Of a stretch of 64,000 nucleotides of DNA, positions 1 through 9,595 are shown piece after piece. The position numbers and the translations under genes are program-made. Each line of letters starts with the position of its first letter. Within the stretch, counting starts at the first letter, position 1. Source of the DNA: Candidatus Marinamargulisbacteria bacterium (GTDB taxonomy: Bacteria; Margulisbacteria; Marinamargulisbacteria; UBA817). The notes under the pieces were generated by a model. The model saw only the letters and a list, made by a program, of their open reading frames with translations, did no database searches and was not told the origin of the DNA. The stretch spans positions 3,996 through 67,995 of the forward strand of contig JALQXX010000003.1 in NCBI GenBank assembly GCA_023262965.1. The letters are read 5' to 3'.

Positions 1-1
1 T

Positions 2-223
2 GGAGATACTTCTATTGCGAAGCTGTCGATTGTAGGGGTTGGCATGATTTCAAAGCCGGGGGTCGCCGCGACCATGTTTCGTGCGTTAGCCCATGCGGGT
101 ATCAACATTCGATTAATTACCACATCGGATATTAAAATATCGTGTGCCATTGATATGGCTGTGGGGGAGGCTGCCTTAAAAGCTCTTCACGAGGCTTTTG
201 ATTTGGCAGCCGCCAATGCTTAG
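2..223 (+). CDS. Aspartate kinase, C-terminal ACT-domain fragment (gene starts upstream of the window)
   Basis: The frame-2 translation [67 protein letters not shown] ends at TAG 221-223. This pattern is typical of the aspartokinase regulatory C-terminus. Confidence 0.6.
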   Translation, partial: GDTSIAKLSIVGVGMISKPGVAATMFRALAHAGINIRLITTSDIKISCAIDMAVGEAALKALHEAFDLAAANA

Positions 224-791
224 TCAATTCCCCCTATACATACTGTGCTTTGTTTTGGGATGGGTCCCATTGCCCGTGGTCTATCGGTACATTGATCGCC
301 GTTTATCCGCGTCACTAGCCACCCAAATCCCGCAGATATCCCCCGCTCTCTTTGTGTATGTGGGGTACGTCCTCTTGGAGTGTTTTCGGGGCTATGCATT
401 GATGATGGTGGTTCACGAATGGCTCATTTTGGATAGTGACGTCTGGTTGGGGTTGGCTGTTGGTTGGGCAGCCCTATTTTGGCCGCCGGGCATCCCGGCG
501 TCAGACCGATCGCTCCCATTTTGGCCCCATATTGGGGTATTTTTGTATGTATTGCCGGGCTATACGTGGGTATTTCCGCTTACATTTGGGTTGATTTTTG
601 CTATAGGTGGCGGGCCGATACTGTGCTACGGCATGGCCATAATAGCCGTATTGGGCGCCGCTATCTATTCGGGGAGCAACAGTCTATATGTGTTGCTCTA
701 TATCGAATTAATTGTTTTTTTAATTATAAAGTATTTTAACAGCGGTAAAATTCAGTGGAAAAAAAATTGGCCCAAGCGTTATTCGCATTAA
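216..791 (+). CDS. Polytopic integral membrane protein of unknown function
   Basis: ORF 198..791 is highly hydrophobic with several predicted TM segments. The likely start is ATG 216 (MLSQFP...), overlapping the aspartokinase stop. No family is confidently recognised. Confidence 0.4.
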   Translation: MLSQFPLYILCFVLGWVPLPVVYRYIDRRLSASLATQIPQISPALFVYVGYVLLECFRGYALMMVVHEWLILDSDVWLGLAVGWAALFWPPGIPASDRSLPFWPHIGVFLYVLPGYTWVFPLTFGLIFAIGGGPILCYGMAIIAVLGAAIYSGSNSLYVLLYIELIVFLIIKYFNSGKIQWKKNWPKRYSH

Positions 792-798
792 TGGGTGC

Positions 799-827
799 TT
801 GACGAACGGTATTTATCGGTTTAATAT
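799..827 (+). promoter_or_regulatory. Candidate sigma70-type promoter for rpsB-tsf
   Basis: TTGACG (799-804), a 17-nt spacer, then TAATAT (822-827), about 25 nt upstream of the RBS AAGGAGG and the GTG start at 853. Confidence 0.35.
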
Positions 828-852
828 ACGATTTTGCAAGGAGGCAATATTA

Positions 853-1653
853 GTGGAAAATGAATTGGTAGAAACTGAAGAAATAAACGATAACAATCCG
901 GTATCAATGCGACAGCTGTTGGAATCAGGGGTGCATTTTGGTCATCAAACGCGCCGGTGGAATCCCAAGATGAATCCGTATATTTTTACAGCCCGAAATG
1001 ACATTCATGTCATTGATTTGCAGCAAACACTTGATCTTATCAAATCGGCGTACATTTTTGTTCGTGATGTTGTGTCAAAAAAAGGCACCGTATTATTTGT
1101 TGGCACTAAAAAGCAAGCTCAGGATGCGATTGCTACAGAAGCCCTTCGGTGTAAAATGCCTTATGTGAACCAACGGTGGTTGGGTGGCACATTAACCAAT
1201 AATTTAACCATCAGTAATAGTGTCAAGAAATTGAAACAGTTTGAAAATGATCAACGAGATGGGGTTTTTGATCAGCTATCCAAAAAAGAATCCGCTCGAA
1301 AGCTCAAGAAATTATCACGACTTCAGCACTACTTAGGGGGCATTAAAGACATGCGATATTTGCCTAAGGCGCTTTTTGTTGTGGATACGACTAAAGAAGA
1401 GTTGGCTATTCGGGAGGCAAAGCGTTTGGGGATTCCGGTGATTGGGTTGGTGGATACCAACGGGGATCCATCGGGATTGGATTTTCCCATACCCGGCAAT
1501 GATGATGCCATTCGATCCATCAAGCTTATTTGCGAGATTTTTGCCAATGCGGTGGTATCGGGAACGAATCGTGGAGTGGAACGGGATGACGCGTACACGG
1601 ATGCGGTTTTGGTTGCAGCGGATCGATACGATTCTCACGGAGACGCTAACTAA
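853..1653 (+). CDS. rpsB: 30S ribosomal protein S2
   Basis: SMRQLLESGVHFGHQTRRWNPKMNPYIF and the VDTNGDP motif. RBS AAGGAGG precedes the GTG at 853, which is in frame within ORF 799..1653. Confidence 0.9.
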   Translation: MENELVETEEINDNNPVSMRQLLESGVHFGHQTRRWNPKMNPYIFTARNDIHVIDLQQTLDLIKSAYIFVRDVVSKKGTVLFVGTKKQAQDAIATEALRCKMPYVNQRWLGGTLTNNLTISNSVKKLKQFENDQRDGVFDQLSKKESARKLKKLSRLQHYLGGIKDMRYLPKALFVVDTTKEELAIREAKRLGIPVIGLVDTNGDPSGLDFPIPGNDDAIRSIKLICEIFANAVVSGTNRGVERDDAYTDAVLVAADRYDSHGDAN

Positions 1654-2459
1654 TGGTAACTGCAAAAGACGTTAAAGAACTGCGTGAAAAGACAGGGGTG
1701 GGGATGATGGATTGCAAGCGTGTGTTGGAGGAAACGGGTGGGGATATGGAGGCAGCCATTAAATCTCTGCGAGAAAAGGGGTTGTCAAAAGCAGCTAAAA
1801 AATCGGATCGCTCTACGCAAGAGGGGCGCATTTTTACAAAGACCGATGCCTCCGGTGGTGTGATTATGGAGCTAAATTGTGAGACCGATTTTGTTGCCAA
1901 TAACACCCTATTTCACGATTTGGGGGTCGCCATTGTTGCTGCCATTGCGGCAAACCATCCCGTAGATGTTGCCGCGGTTTTGGCCCTGCCATGCAAGGGA
2001 TCGTTGGTTAGTGAATGCATATCGGACGCGATTCTTCAGTTGGGTGAAAATATTACCGTTGGTGCTTTCAAACGTGTTCAAGGGGCGTATGTATCCGAAT
2101 ACACGCACAGTAACGGCAAGATTGGTGTGTTGGTGGAATTTTCAGCCGCAATAGATGCCAGTATTGGTCGAGACATTGCGATGCAAGTAGCGGCAATGAA
2201 CCCCAGCTATGTATCGCCCGATCAGGTGCCTACTCAGGAAATCGAACGTGAATCTGACATTTTGCGCAAACAGGCCATTGCGGAAGGGAAGCCTCCTGCA
2301 GTTGTGGATAAAATCATTCAAGGACGTTTGCTTAAGTTTTATGCCGAAAACTGTCTGTTAGAGCAGGCGTTTGTAAAGGATCCGCACATGACGGTTAAGG
2401 GATTATTGCCGAAAGGTGTAACCATTGGTACCGTTACCCGCTTATCCTTAGCTGGCTAA
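1653..2459 (+). CDS. tsf: Elongation factor Ts
   Basis: N-terminal MVTAKDVKELREKTGVGMMDCKRVLEE (UBA-like EF-Ts signature). It follows rpsB as in the conserved rpsB-tsf operon. Confidence 0.9.
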   Translation: MVTAKDVKELREKTGVGMMDCKRVLEETGGDMEAAIKSLREKGLSKAAKKSDRSTQEGRIFTKTDASGGVIMELNCETDFVANNTLFHDLGVAIVAAIAANHPVDVAAVLALPCKGSLVSECISDAILQLGENITVGAFKRVQGAYVSEYTHSNGKIGVLVEFSAAIDASIGRDIAMQVAAMNPSYVSPDQVPTQEIERESDILRKQAIAEGKPPAVVDKIIQGRLLKFYAENCLLEQAFVKDPHMTVKGLLPKGVTIGTVTRLSLAG

Positions 2460-2461
2460 TT

Positions 2462-3583
2462 GTGCGCACGTATTTTGAAGATACCGAATCACAGCTCTTA
2501 TCGCCACTGGCTGTAAAAAGTGTGGCCTCCAAGGGCCGTGTATATCCCGAGCCATTGGATCCCACCCGGACCTGTTTTCAGCGGGACCGAGACCGTATTG
2601 TTCATGCCAAGTCGTTTCGCCGATTAAAGCACAAAACGCAAGTTGTGGTGGCAACAACGGACCATGATCATATTCGATCTCGGTTAACACACAGTATTGA
2701 GGTATCTCAGATTGCCCGCCACATGGCCCGTTTGTTGCGTTTAAATGAGGATTTAACCGAGGCGATTGCGTTGTCCCACGATTTGGGGCATCCGCCATTT
2801 GGTCATGCCGGCGAAACCATTTTGAACGAATGCATGGCGGCGTATGGGGGATTTGAGCACAATCAGCAATCATTGCGGATTGTGGATGTTTTAGAGTCCA
2901 AGTACCCGATGTTTCCGGGATTAAATTTGAGTTACGAGGTTCGAAAGGGGCTCGAAAAGCACCGAACCCCCGATGCCCCGTACTCGGAAAATGACCCCCC
3001 GTTTCAGTCATTAGAGGCACAAATTGTGAATATTGCGGATGCCATTACGTATACGGCCCACGATGTGGATGATGGGTTGCGGGCCGGAATTTTAAGCGAT
3101 GCAACGTTAACGGCGGCGGTGCCATTATGGCGGGAATACAGTATGGCCGTGAATGCGGCTTACACTCAGTTAACGGCGAACCAGTACCGCAATCTCATGC
3201 ATTCGCGATTGATTACCGATCAAATTCATCATGTTATTCAGTCTGCGCAATCAGCGATTCAGAATTGCGATACACTGGCGAACAAGACGCCGCAAGAGAT
3301 TGCTAGCATGATTGCTTTTCCGCCGGATTTTTATCAAAACATTCAGGTATTGCGACAGCATTTAGCAACCCACTATTATGCTCACCACGATATTTATCGG
3401 GCCAACAAAAAGGGGCAGCGGATGATTCAGTCGTTGTTTCAGGCATTTATGGGGGATATGACACTAATGCCGCGGGCGTATTATGCCAATCGGCAGCATG
3501 AGCCGCAGGCACGTATTGTGTGTGATTATATCTCGGGAATGAGCGATTCTTTTGCGGTAACTGAGTATCAAATGCTGTGTTAA
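2462..3583 (+). CDS. dgt: dGTPase-like dNTP triphosphohydrolase (HD domain)
   Basis: HD-domain motifs HSIEVSQIAR and SHDLGHPPFGHAGE, consistent with the Dgt family. Confidence 0.8.
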   Translation: MRTYFEDTESQLLSPLAVKSVASKGRVYPEPLDPTRTCFQRDRDRIVHAKSFRRLKHKTQVVVATTDHDHIRSRLTHSIEVSQIARHMARLLRLNEDLTEAIALSHDLGHPPFGHAGETILNECMAAYGGFEHNQQSLRIVDVLESKYPMFPGLNLSYEVRKGLEKHRTPDAPYSENDPPFQSLEAQIVNIADAITYTAHDVDDGLRAGILSDATLTAAVPLWREYSMAVNAAYTQLTANQYRNLMHSRLITDQIHHVIQSAQSAIQNCDTLANKTPQEIASMIAFPPDFYQNIQVLRQHLATHYYAHHDIYRANKKGQRMIQSLFQAFMGDMTLMPRAYYANRQHEPQARIVCDYISGMSDSFAVTEYQMLC

Positions 3584-3587
3584 TGGG

Positions 3588-3614
3588 TTGATTTTTCAAT
3601 CGTATTCCTATAAT
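3588..3614 (+). promoter_or_regulatory. Candidate promoter for trxA
   Basis: TTGATT (3588-3593), a ~15-nt spacer, then a perfect TATAAT (3609-3614). RBS AAGGAGG precedes ATG 3643. Confidence 0.3.
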
Positions 3615-3642
3615 ATTTTAAGAAAGAGTCAAGGAGGATATT

Positions 3643-3972
3643 ATGACCGTAATTACAGCAACCGATGCCAATTTTTCAAGCGAGGTATTGCAGTCCAAAC
3701 AACCCGTTTTGGTGGATTTTTGGGCCGAATGGTGTGGTCCTTGTCGAATGATGGCGCCTGTCATTGAATCCATTGCTAAAAAATACAGTGGAAAGTTAAA
3801 AGTGTGTAAGTTGGATGCCGACGCCAATCAAAAAAGTGCTGCGGATTACCAAATTACGGGATTACCCTGTTGCATTCTATTTAAATCCGGTCAGGAAGTG
3901 GACCGTATCATTGGATTTCGTGGGGAAGATGATATGGTGGATCAACTTCGCTCCCATATTCCCTTGACATAG
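3643..3972 (+). CDS. trxA: Thioredoxin
   Basis: WCGPC active site (FWAEWCGPCRMMAP); 109 aa. Confidence 0.9.
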   Translation: MTVITATDANFSSEVLQSKQPVLVDFWAEWCGPCRMMAPVIESIAKKYSGKLKVCKLDADANQKSAADYQITGLPCCILFKSGQEVDRIIGFRGEDDMVDQLRSHIPLT

Positions 3973-4001
3973 ATTTCAGGCCCATCGTTATTTTTTGCGC
4001 C

Positions 4002-4379
4002 TTACTTTTTAAACAGTTGGAATAGATTAAAGGTGGCGTTCGCGTACATACCTAATGCCACGGCCCCCAAACACAGGCTGTGCATGGCCCCCACATAGGC
4101 GATTACGCGACCGTAATGGTGCTGGCGTATCAGTTCCCAAACCTCCCATGAAAACGTTGAAAAGGTGGTTAATGATCCGCAAAAACCAATCCCCATCATC
4201 AACCACAGTCGCCCAGATGCGCTACCGTATAGCCCCCCAATTAAAAAACTGCCCAATACATTCACGGCAAGGGTGGCATACCCGCCGCTCCATCCAGACA
4301 ATAACAGCCCGATCCAATAGCGCAGTCCGGCCCCCACAGCCGCACCTACCATAACATAAATCATTCCGGGTATCGGCAT
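4002..4379 (-). CDS. crcB: Fluoride ion channel CrcB/FluC
   Basis: A 125-aa protein with 4 TM segments and the GxxGxxxR / GSLTTFSTFS pattern typical of CrcB. Confidence 0.85.
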   Translation of the reverse strand: MPIPGMIYVMVGAAVGAGLRYWIGLLLSGWSGGYATLAVNVLGSFLIGGLYGSASGRLWLMMGIGFCGSLTTFSTFSWEVWELIRQHHYGRVIAYVGAMHSLCLGAVALGMYANATFNLFQLFKK

Positions 4380-4384
4380 GCGGC

Positions 4385-4987
4385 CTAATTGGATTGCGCT
4401 AAGGTAAAAAACCGATGTAAATACTTGCCCATCATATCAAATTCCACATTCACTCGATCGCCGACCTGGCGATGGTGCAAAGTCGTACTACGGTGCGTGT
4501 GGGGAATAATATGGCAGGAAAACGCCGTTGTGCTAACATCCACCAAGGTTAGCCCGATACCATCCACAGCAATGGAGCCTTTGGGGATCATAAAGGGCGC
4601 GAAAGCCTTGTCAACGCGCACCCGCAATATATGCCAGTCCCCGTCAATGGTGTAGGCAGTAATCGTACCCGTGTCATCCACGTGTCCCGACACAATATGT
4701 CCACCCAATGGGGTGGTGGGGGTTAAGGCCACTTCCAAATTGACTGGGTCGCCAATAGCGCCGTCTAAAACGGTGGTTTTTTTACAGGTTTCGGGCAAAT
4801 AATCCACCCAAAAGTGCTCCGAATCCCGCCGTACAACCGTACTGCACACCCCATTTATACTGATACTATCCCCCAATGCAAGGGGTGGCTTTAGGTCGCT
4901 CGGGTAGGCAATCGCCATACGACACCCATCCCCCACGGCCTGTCGGTCGGCAATGCGGCCCAAATGGGTTACGATTCCGGTAAACAT
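4385..4987 (-). CDS. ribE: Riboflavin synthase alpha chain
   Basis: MFTGIVTHLGRI N-terminus and a duplicated lumazine-binding repeat; 200 aa. Confidence 0.85.
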   Translation of the reverse strand: MFTGIVTHLGRIADRQAVGDGCRMAIAYPSDLKPPLALGDSISINGVCSTVVRRDSEHFWVDYLPETCKKTTVLDGAIGDPVNLEVALTPTTPLGGHIVSGHVDDTGTITAYTIDGDWHILRVRVDKAFAPFMIPKGSIAVDGIGLTLVDVSTTAFSCHIIPHTHRSTTLHHRQVGDRVNVEFDMMGKYLHRFFTLAQSN

Positions 4988-5379
4988 GCCTGTTTAACAT
5001 AGGCATCCAATATGCCATTAATAAAGGTCGTCGACTCTTCGGTGGAATACTGTTTGGATAACTCTAAAATCTCGTTAATCACCACCTGAAACGGGGTGCC
5101 AATATAGTGTATTTCGGCAATGGCCATACGCAGCAATGCTTTATCCACATGATTCAAGCGATCCATGTCCCAATGGTGACTGTGTTCAGCAATGGCTGTG
5201 TCAATAACGTCCAAATGCGTCACGGTTTTTTCTGCCAAATCATAGGCCCATGTAACGGTTTCGGGGGCATAAGGATCGGTGTCCAAATCGGCAAACAATA
5301 CCGTTAGATCCGCATTGCGAATGCCAAACTGGTACACCAATCGCATGGCCAATTTACGGCTATTGCTTCGTTTTGACAT
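4969..5379 (-). CDS. nusB: Transcription antitermination factor NusB
   Basis: RSNSRKLAMRLVYQFGI plus an NusB-like helical core; 136 aa. It overlaps ribE by 19 nt. Confidence 0.85.
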   Translation of the reverse strand: MSKRSNSRKLAMRLVYQFGIRNADLTVLFADLDTDPYAPETVTWAYDLAEKTVTHLDVIDTAIAEHSHHWDMDRLNHVDKALLRMAIAEIHYIGTPFQVVINEILELSKQYSTEESTTFINGILDAYVKQACLPES

Positions 5380-6721
5380 GATTGCTCATATAGTCATCAA
5401 TAAATGTGGTGGTCACGTTTCCTTTTATAAATTCAGGATGGTCCAATACCTTTAAATGAAAGGGAATGGTGGTTTTAATGCCATCAATGACAAATTCGTT
5501 AAGTGCCCGTTTGGCCCGTGCAATACAGGCGGTTCGGTCCGGGGCCCATACAATTAATTTGGCCAGTAACGAATCATAGTTGGGGGGGATTTTATACCCC
5601 GGATAGCCATGTGAATCCACACGAATTCCCGGCCCACCCGGCGGTAAAAATAGGTCAATGGTACCTGGCATGGGCATGAAATCCCGGTCCGGGTCCTCTG
5701 CATTAATCCGAAACTCCATCGTGTGACCGTTACGTCGAATCGCCGATTGCGGCATTTGGCAGCGATCCGTCGCCGCAATTTGGAGCTGCTCTTTAATAAG
5801 ATCAATTCCAGTAAGGCACTCAGTAACCGGATGCTCAACCTGAATACGCGTGTTCATTTCCATAAAATAGTATTCTTGTTTATCGTTCACAATAAATTCC
5901 ACTGTTCCCGCACCGCGGTACTGAATTGATTGGGCCGCTTTGATGGCATCATTGGCCATGGATTCGCGTACCGATGCCGATATAAAAGGCGAGGGACTTT
6001 CTTCCAATAATTTTTGATGACGGCGTTGAATGGAGCAATCGCGTTCGAATAAGTGGATACTGTTGCCATGAGGGTCCGATAGCACTTGAATTTCAATATG
6101 GCGGGGATTGGTCACAAATTTTTCGACATACACGGCACCGTTACCAAAAGCGGCGGCGGCTTCCTGAGTTGCGGTGCGAAAGGCCGGTAGCAATTCGGCT
6201 TCGGTATGCACCACCCGCATCCCTTTTCCCCCGCCCCCTGCCGTTGCTTTAATAATAACCGGGTAGCCAATGCGGTCGATAACCGATTTTAAATCGGCCT
6301 CGTTTTCAATTAATCCGTCCGATCCCGGTACAATCGGAACTCCCGCTTTGGCCATGGTATCCCGCGCTGAATTTTTATCGCCCATCCGCTGAATATTCAG
6401 CGGGGTAGCACCAATAAATACAATATTATGATCCGCGCACATCTGCGAAAACACATGGTTTTCCGCTAAAAACCCATACCCGGGGTGGATGGCTTCGGCA
6501 CCCGTTAATTCCGCTGCCGATATAATCGCTTTAATGTTCAAATAACTGTCCTTAGGTGATGGGGGGCCAATGCAAACGGATTCATCCGCCATTTTGACGT
6601 GCAAACTCATGGCGTCCGCTGATGAAAATACGGCCACCGTTTTAATGGATAATTCCCGGCAAGCCCGAATAACGCGAATGGCAATTTCACCCCGATTGGC
6701 TATTAATACTTTTTTAAACAT
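5360..6721 (-). CDS. accC: Biotin carboxylase (acetyl-CoA carboxylase subunit)
   Basis: KVLIANRGEIAIRVIRACRELSIKTVAVFS N-terminus with an ATP-grasp domain; 453 aa. Confidence 0.9.
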   Translation of the reverse strand: MFKKVLIANRGEIAIRVIRACRELSIKTVAVFSSADAMSLHVKMADESVCIGPPSPKDSYLNIKAIISAAELTGAEAIHPGYGFLAENHVFSQMCADHNIVFIGATPLNIQRMGDKNSARDTMAKAGVPIVPGSDGLIENEADLKSVIDRIGYPVIIKATAGGGGKGMRVVHTEAELLPAFRTATQEAAAAFGNGAVYVEKFVTNPRHIEIQVLSDPHGNSIHLFERDCSIQRRHQKLLEESPSPFISASVRESMANDAIKAAQSIQYRGAGTVEFIVNDKQEYYFMEMNTRIQVEHPVTECLTGIDLIKEQLQIAATDRCQMPQSAIRRNGHTMEFRINAEDPDRDFMPMPGTIDLFLPPGGPGIRVDSHGYPGYKIPPNYDSLLAKLIVWAPDRTACIARAKRALNEFVIDGIKTTIPFHLKVLDHPEFIKGNVTTTFIDDYMSNHVKTKQ

Positions 6722-6735
6722 ATATACACCTCAAA

Positions 6736-9135
6736 TTAGTTTACTACAAAATTGACCAATCGGTCTTTGACAAAAATGGTTTTTCGAATCGTTTTATTGA
6801 TTAAGTGGGGCTGAATAGCTACGGCGTTTCGTGCTAAATCCACAGCCTCTGCTTCGGGTAAATCGGTAGGCACCTGAATATCACCGCGTCGCTTGCCATT
6901 AATTTGAATGACTAACGGATATGAGTCTGCGGTAAGCCATTCATCGCTGTAGGTGGGCCAAGATTGATCGTGAACACTGCCTTCGCCACCCAAATGTGTC
7001 CAACAGGTTTCGGCAATGAAGGGGGCAAAGGGGGCAATCAATCGCGCCATGGTTTGGGCAACCGCAAGGCTACTCCCTATTTTTTGAATCGCATTCACCA
7101 GTTCCATTAAGGCACTGATGGCGGTATTAAACTGAAACCGCTCAATATCGTGTGTCATTTTTTGAATGGTTTTGTGCAAGGCGCGCTGCAAGTCGGCCGC
7201 ATCGGCTGCCTCAACCGGTTTTTGATCCCAATGAACGGTTGCCGTAAAAAAGCGTTTTAAAAATCGAAATGAGCCCTCAACGCCCGTGTCAGACCAATCC
7301 AAATCCCGTTCGACAGGGGCCCCAAATAAAATGAACAGACGGGCTGTATCGGCGCCGTATTCATCAATAATATGCGCCGGATCCACCGTGTTTCCCAGTG
7401 ATTTGGACATTTTTGCCCCCTCATACAGCACCATTCCCTGACAAACCAGCCGTTTAAAGGGTTCGGACACCCGACACAACCCCAAATCCCGAAGCACTTT
7501 GGTAAAAAATCGCGCATACAACAAATGCAAACAGGCGTGTTCAATCCCGCCAATATACACATCCACTGGCAAGCACGCATCCACGATAGTGGGATCAAAG
7601 GGGGCATCCGCATTAGTTGGGTCACTATATCGATAAAAATACCACGATGAATCAAAAAAGGTGTCCATCGTGTCGGTTTCGCGACGGTACCGCCGACCAT
7701 CCCGGATCACATAACCAAAATCTTCGGATTTCTCAAGGGGGTTGCCCACACCATCAAACACACAATCGGTGGGTAATGTCACGGGCAAATCCCCATCGTC
7801 TACTGCCTGAGGGGTACCCTGTTCATCATAGAGTATGGGGATCGGTGTGCCCCAATACCGTTGTCGTGAAATTAGCCAGTCGCGCAATCGATAATACGGT
7901 TTAATGGTTCCCTTCCCCGATGATACCAGGGTCTGACTAATGGCCGTTTTTGCCGCATCCGTGGTCAAGCCATTGAAGGCCCCCGATTGCACCAAAATAC
8001 CCGGTCCGGTATAGGCCGAGGCCGCTGTGTGCGGGGTGTCGGGATCCTGAATCACCGGAATAATAGGTAAATCATACGCTGTGGCAAAGGCGTAATCCCG
8101 ATCATCATGCGCAGGCACTCCCATAACAGCACCCGTTCCGTAATCCATTAATACATAATTCGCAATCCACAAAGGCACCGATTCACCGGTAATGGGATGA
8201 GCCAGGCGCAAACCGGTATCGATACCGGTTTTGGGGGTTGAGGCATCGCCCCGTTCCGATAACGGTTCGGCCAGAACCGACTGAATATAGGCCATGCAGG
8301 CCTCACGGTTGGGGGACTTGGTCAAATAGGTCATCACAAACGGATGCTCGGGGGCCACAGCGACATACGATACCCCCATTAAGGTATCGGGACGGGTGGT
8401 GAATACCGCGGTGGTTTCGGCGTCAGGATCAAACAAGGGCGTAAAATACACGGTTGTTCCCTCGGATTTTCCAATCCATTGCCGTTGCATATTTTTAACC
8501 CGATCGGGCCATTCGGTGAGTGTGTCCAAATCCCGCAGTAGTTCCTCGGCATAATCGGTAATGCGAATATACCACTGATCAATGTATTTTTGCTCGACAG
8601 GAGCGCCTGACCGCCAGCCTTTCCCGTCAATGACCTGCTCATTGGCCAATACGGTTTGATCAACCGGATCCCAATTAACATACCCGCTTTTGCGGTACAC
8701 CAATCCTTTTTCATAGAATTTTTTAAAAAGCCATTGATTCCAGTGGTAGTACGATGGGCGGGATGTGGACACTTCGCGCCACCAATCGTAGCCCAAGCCC
8801 AATCGCTGCAGTTGATTGCGCATGTGGGCGATGTTTTTTTCGGTCCATTCGAGGGGATTGATGCCGTGGGTAATTGCGGCATTTTCAGCGGGAAGACCAA
8901 AGCTATCAAATCCAATGGGGTGAATCACATCAAAGCCGGCCATGCGATAATAACGCGCTTGAACATCCCCAATGGTGTAATTGCGTACATGCCCCATGTG
9001 TAAGTGCCCCGAGGGGTACGGAAACATTTCTAAAATATATTTTTTAGGGGCATTATCCCGAGAAGGCAGGGGTAGTGTCGCCCATTTTTCAAGAATTTTT
9101 GGCTCAGTAGTCAAGGGCGAATACGTCACAGTCAT
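6736..9135 (-). CDS. leuS: Leucyl-tRNA synthetase
   Basis: HMGH motif ([15 protein letters not shown]) and KMSKS (KMSKSLGN); 799 aa. Confidence 0.95.
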   Translation of the reverse strand: MTVTYSPLTTEPKILEKWATLPLPSRDNAPKKYILEMFPYPSGHLHMGHVRNYTIGDVQARYYRMAGFDVIHPIGFDSFGLPAENAAITHGINPLEWTEKNIAHMRNQLQRLGLGYDWWREVSTSRPSYYHWNQWLFKKFYEKGLVYRKSGYVNWDPVDQTVLANEQVIDGKGWRSGAPVEQKYIDQWYIRITDYAEELLRDLDTLTEWPDRVKNMQRQWIGKSEGTTVYFTPLFDPDAETTAVFTTRPDTLMGVSYVAVAPEHPFVMTYLTKSPNREACMAYIQSVLAEPLSERGDASTPKTGIDTGLRLAHPITGESVPLWIANYVLMDYGTGAVMGVPAHDDRDYAFATAYDLPIIPVIQDPDTPHTAASAYTGPGILVQSGAFNGLTTDAAKTAISQTLVSSGKGTIKPYYRLRDWLISRQRYWGTPIPILYDEQGTPQAVDDGDLPVTLPTDCVFDGVGNPLEKSEDFGYVIRDGRRYRRETDTMDTFFDSSWYFYRYSDPTNADAPFDPTIVDACLPVDVYIGGIEHACLHLLYARFFTKVLRDLGLCRVSEPFKRLVCQGMVLYEGAKMSKSLGNTVDPAHIIDEYGADTARLFILFGAPVERDLDWSDTGVEGSFRFLKRFFTATVHWDQKPVEAADAADLQRALHKTIQKMTHDIERFQFNTAISALMELVNAIQKIGSSLAVAQTMARLIAPFAPFIAETCWTHLGGEGSVHDQSWPTYSDEWLTADSYPLVIQINGKRRGDIQVPTDLPEAEAVDLARNAVAIQPHLINKTIRKTIFVKDRLVNFVVN

Positions 9136-9277
9136 GATGGGTATAATAACGCAAAATGAGGTGAAACACCATGCATTATTCCGGAATGTCCGTAAGGGTA
9201 TGCGGTGGATTCAAAAAACATCGGTTGGTAAGACGTTGCTCGCTATGGTAATATATAAAAAAAAACAGGAGGATACT

Positions 9278-9571
9278 ATGTCAAACGTATTGCAAGAAGA
9301 AAGTTTGAAAAATAATAAATCAACAATTATTGGTGAATTTAAAATTCATGAAACAGATACGGGCTCATCCCAAGTCCAAATTGCTATTTTAACCAAGCGA
9401 ATTAACGATTTGGTGTCGCATTTGAAGGCGCATAAAAAAGACAATCACTCGCGCCGAGGGCTATTGAATCTGGTCAGTCGTCGTCGTCGGTTATTAACGT
9501 ACTTAAGGCGTCACAATTATGATGAGTATATTCGGGTATCCAAGGAATTGGATTTAAAAATAGCCACATAA
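9278..9571 (+). CDS. rpsO: 30S ribosomal protein S15
   Basis: ATG 9278 lies in frame within ORF 8981..9571 and is preceded by AGGAGG. The C-terminus [20 protein letters not shown] is typical of S15. It lies upstream of pnp as in the conserved rpsO-pnp arrangement. Confidence 0.9.
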   Translation: MSNVLQEESLKNNKSTIIGEFKIHETDTGSSQVQIAILTKRINDLVSHLKAHKKDNHSRRGLLNLVSRRRRLLTYLRRHNYDEYIRVSKELDLKIAT

Positions 9572-9595
9572 ATAACGCGTTAAGGAATATTAAGA

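Noticed and set aside
464-739. A 91-aa ORF in an alternative frame within the membrane-protein gene.
   Set aside because: It is nested inside the longer hydrophobic ORF 198..791 and has no support.
4380-4400. A fluoride riboswitch expected upstream of crcB.
   Set aside because: crcB starts 5 nt after the ribE stop on the minus strand, so there is no leader in which to host a riboswitch. crcB appears co-transcribed with accC-nusB-ribE.
7257-8915. Antisense or alternative-frame ORFs of 95-178 aa inside leuS (7257..7700, 7617..7904, 8379..8915, 8656..9003).
   Set aside because: They are shadow ORFs within a well-supported 799-aa leuS frame and have no independent motifs.
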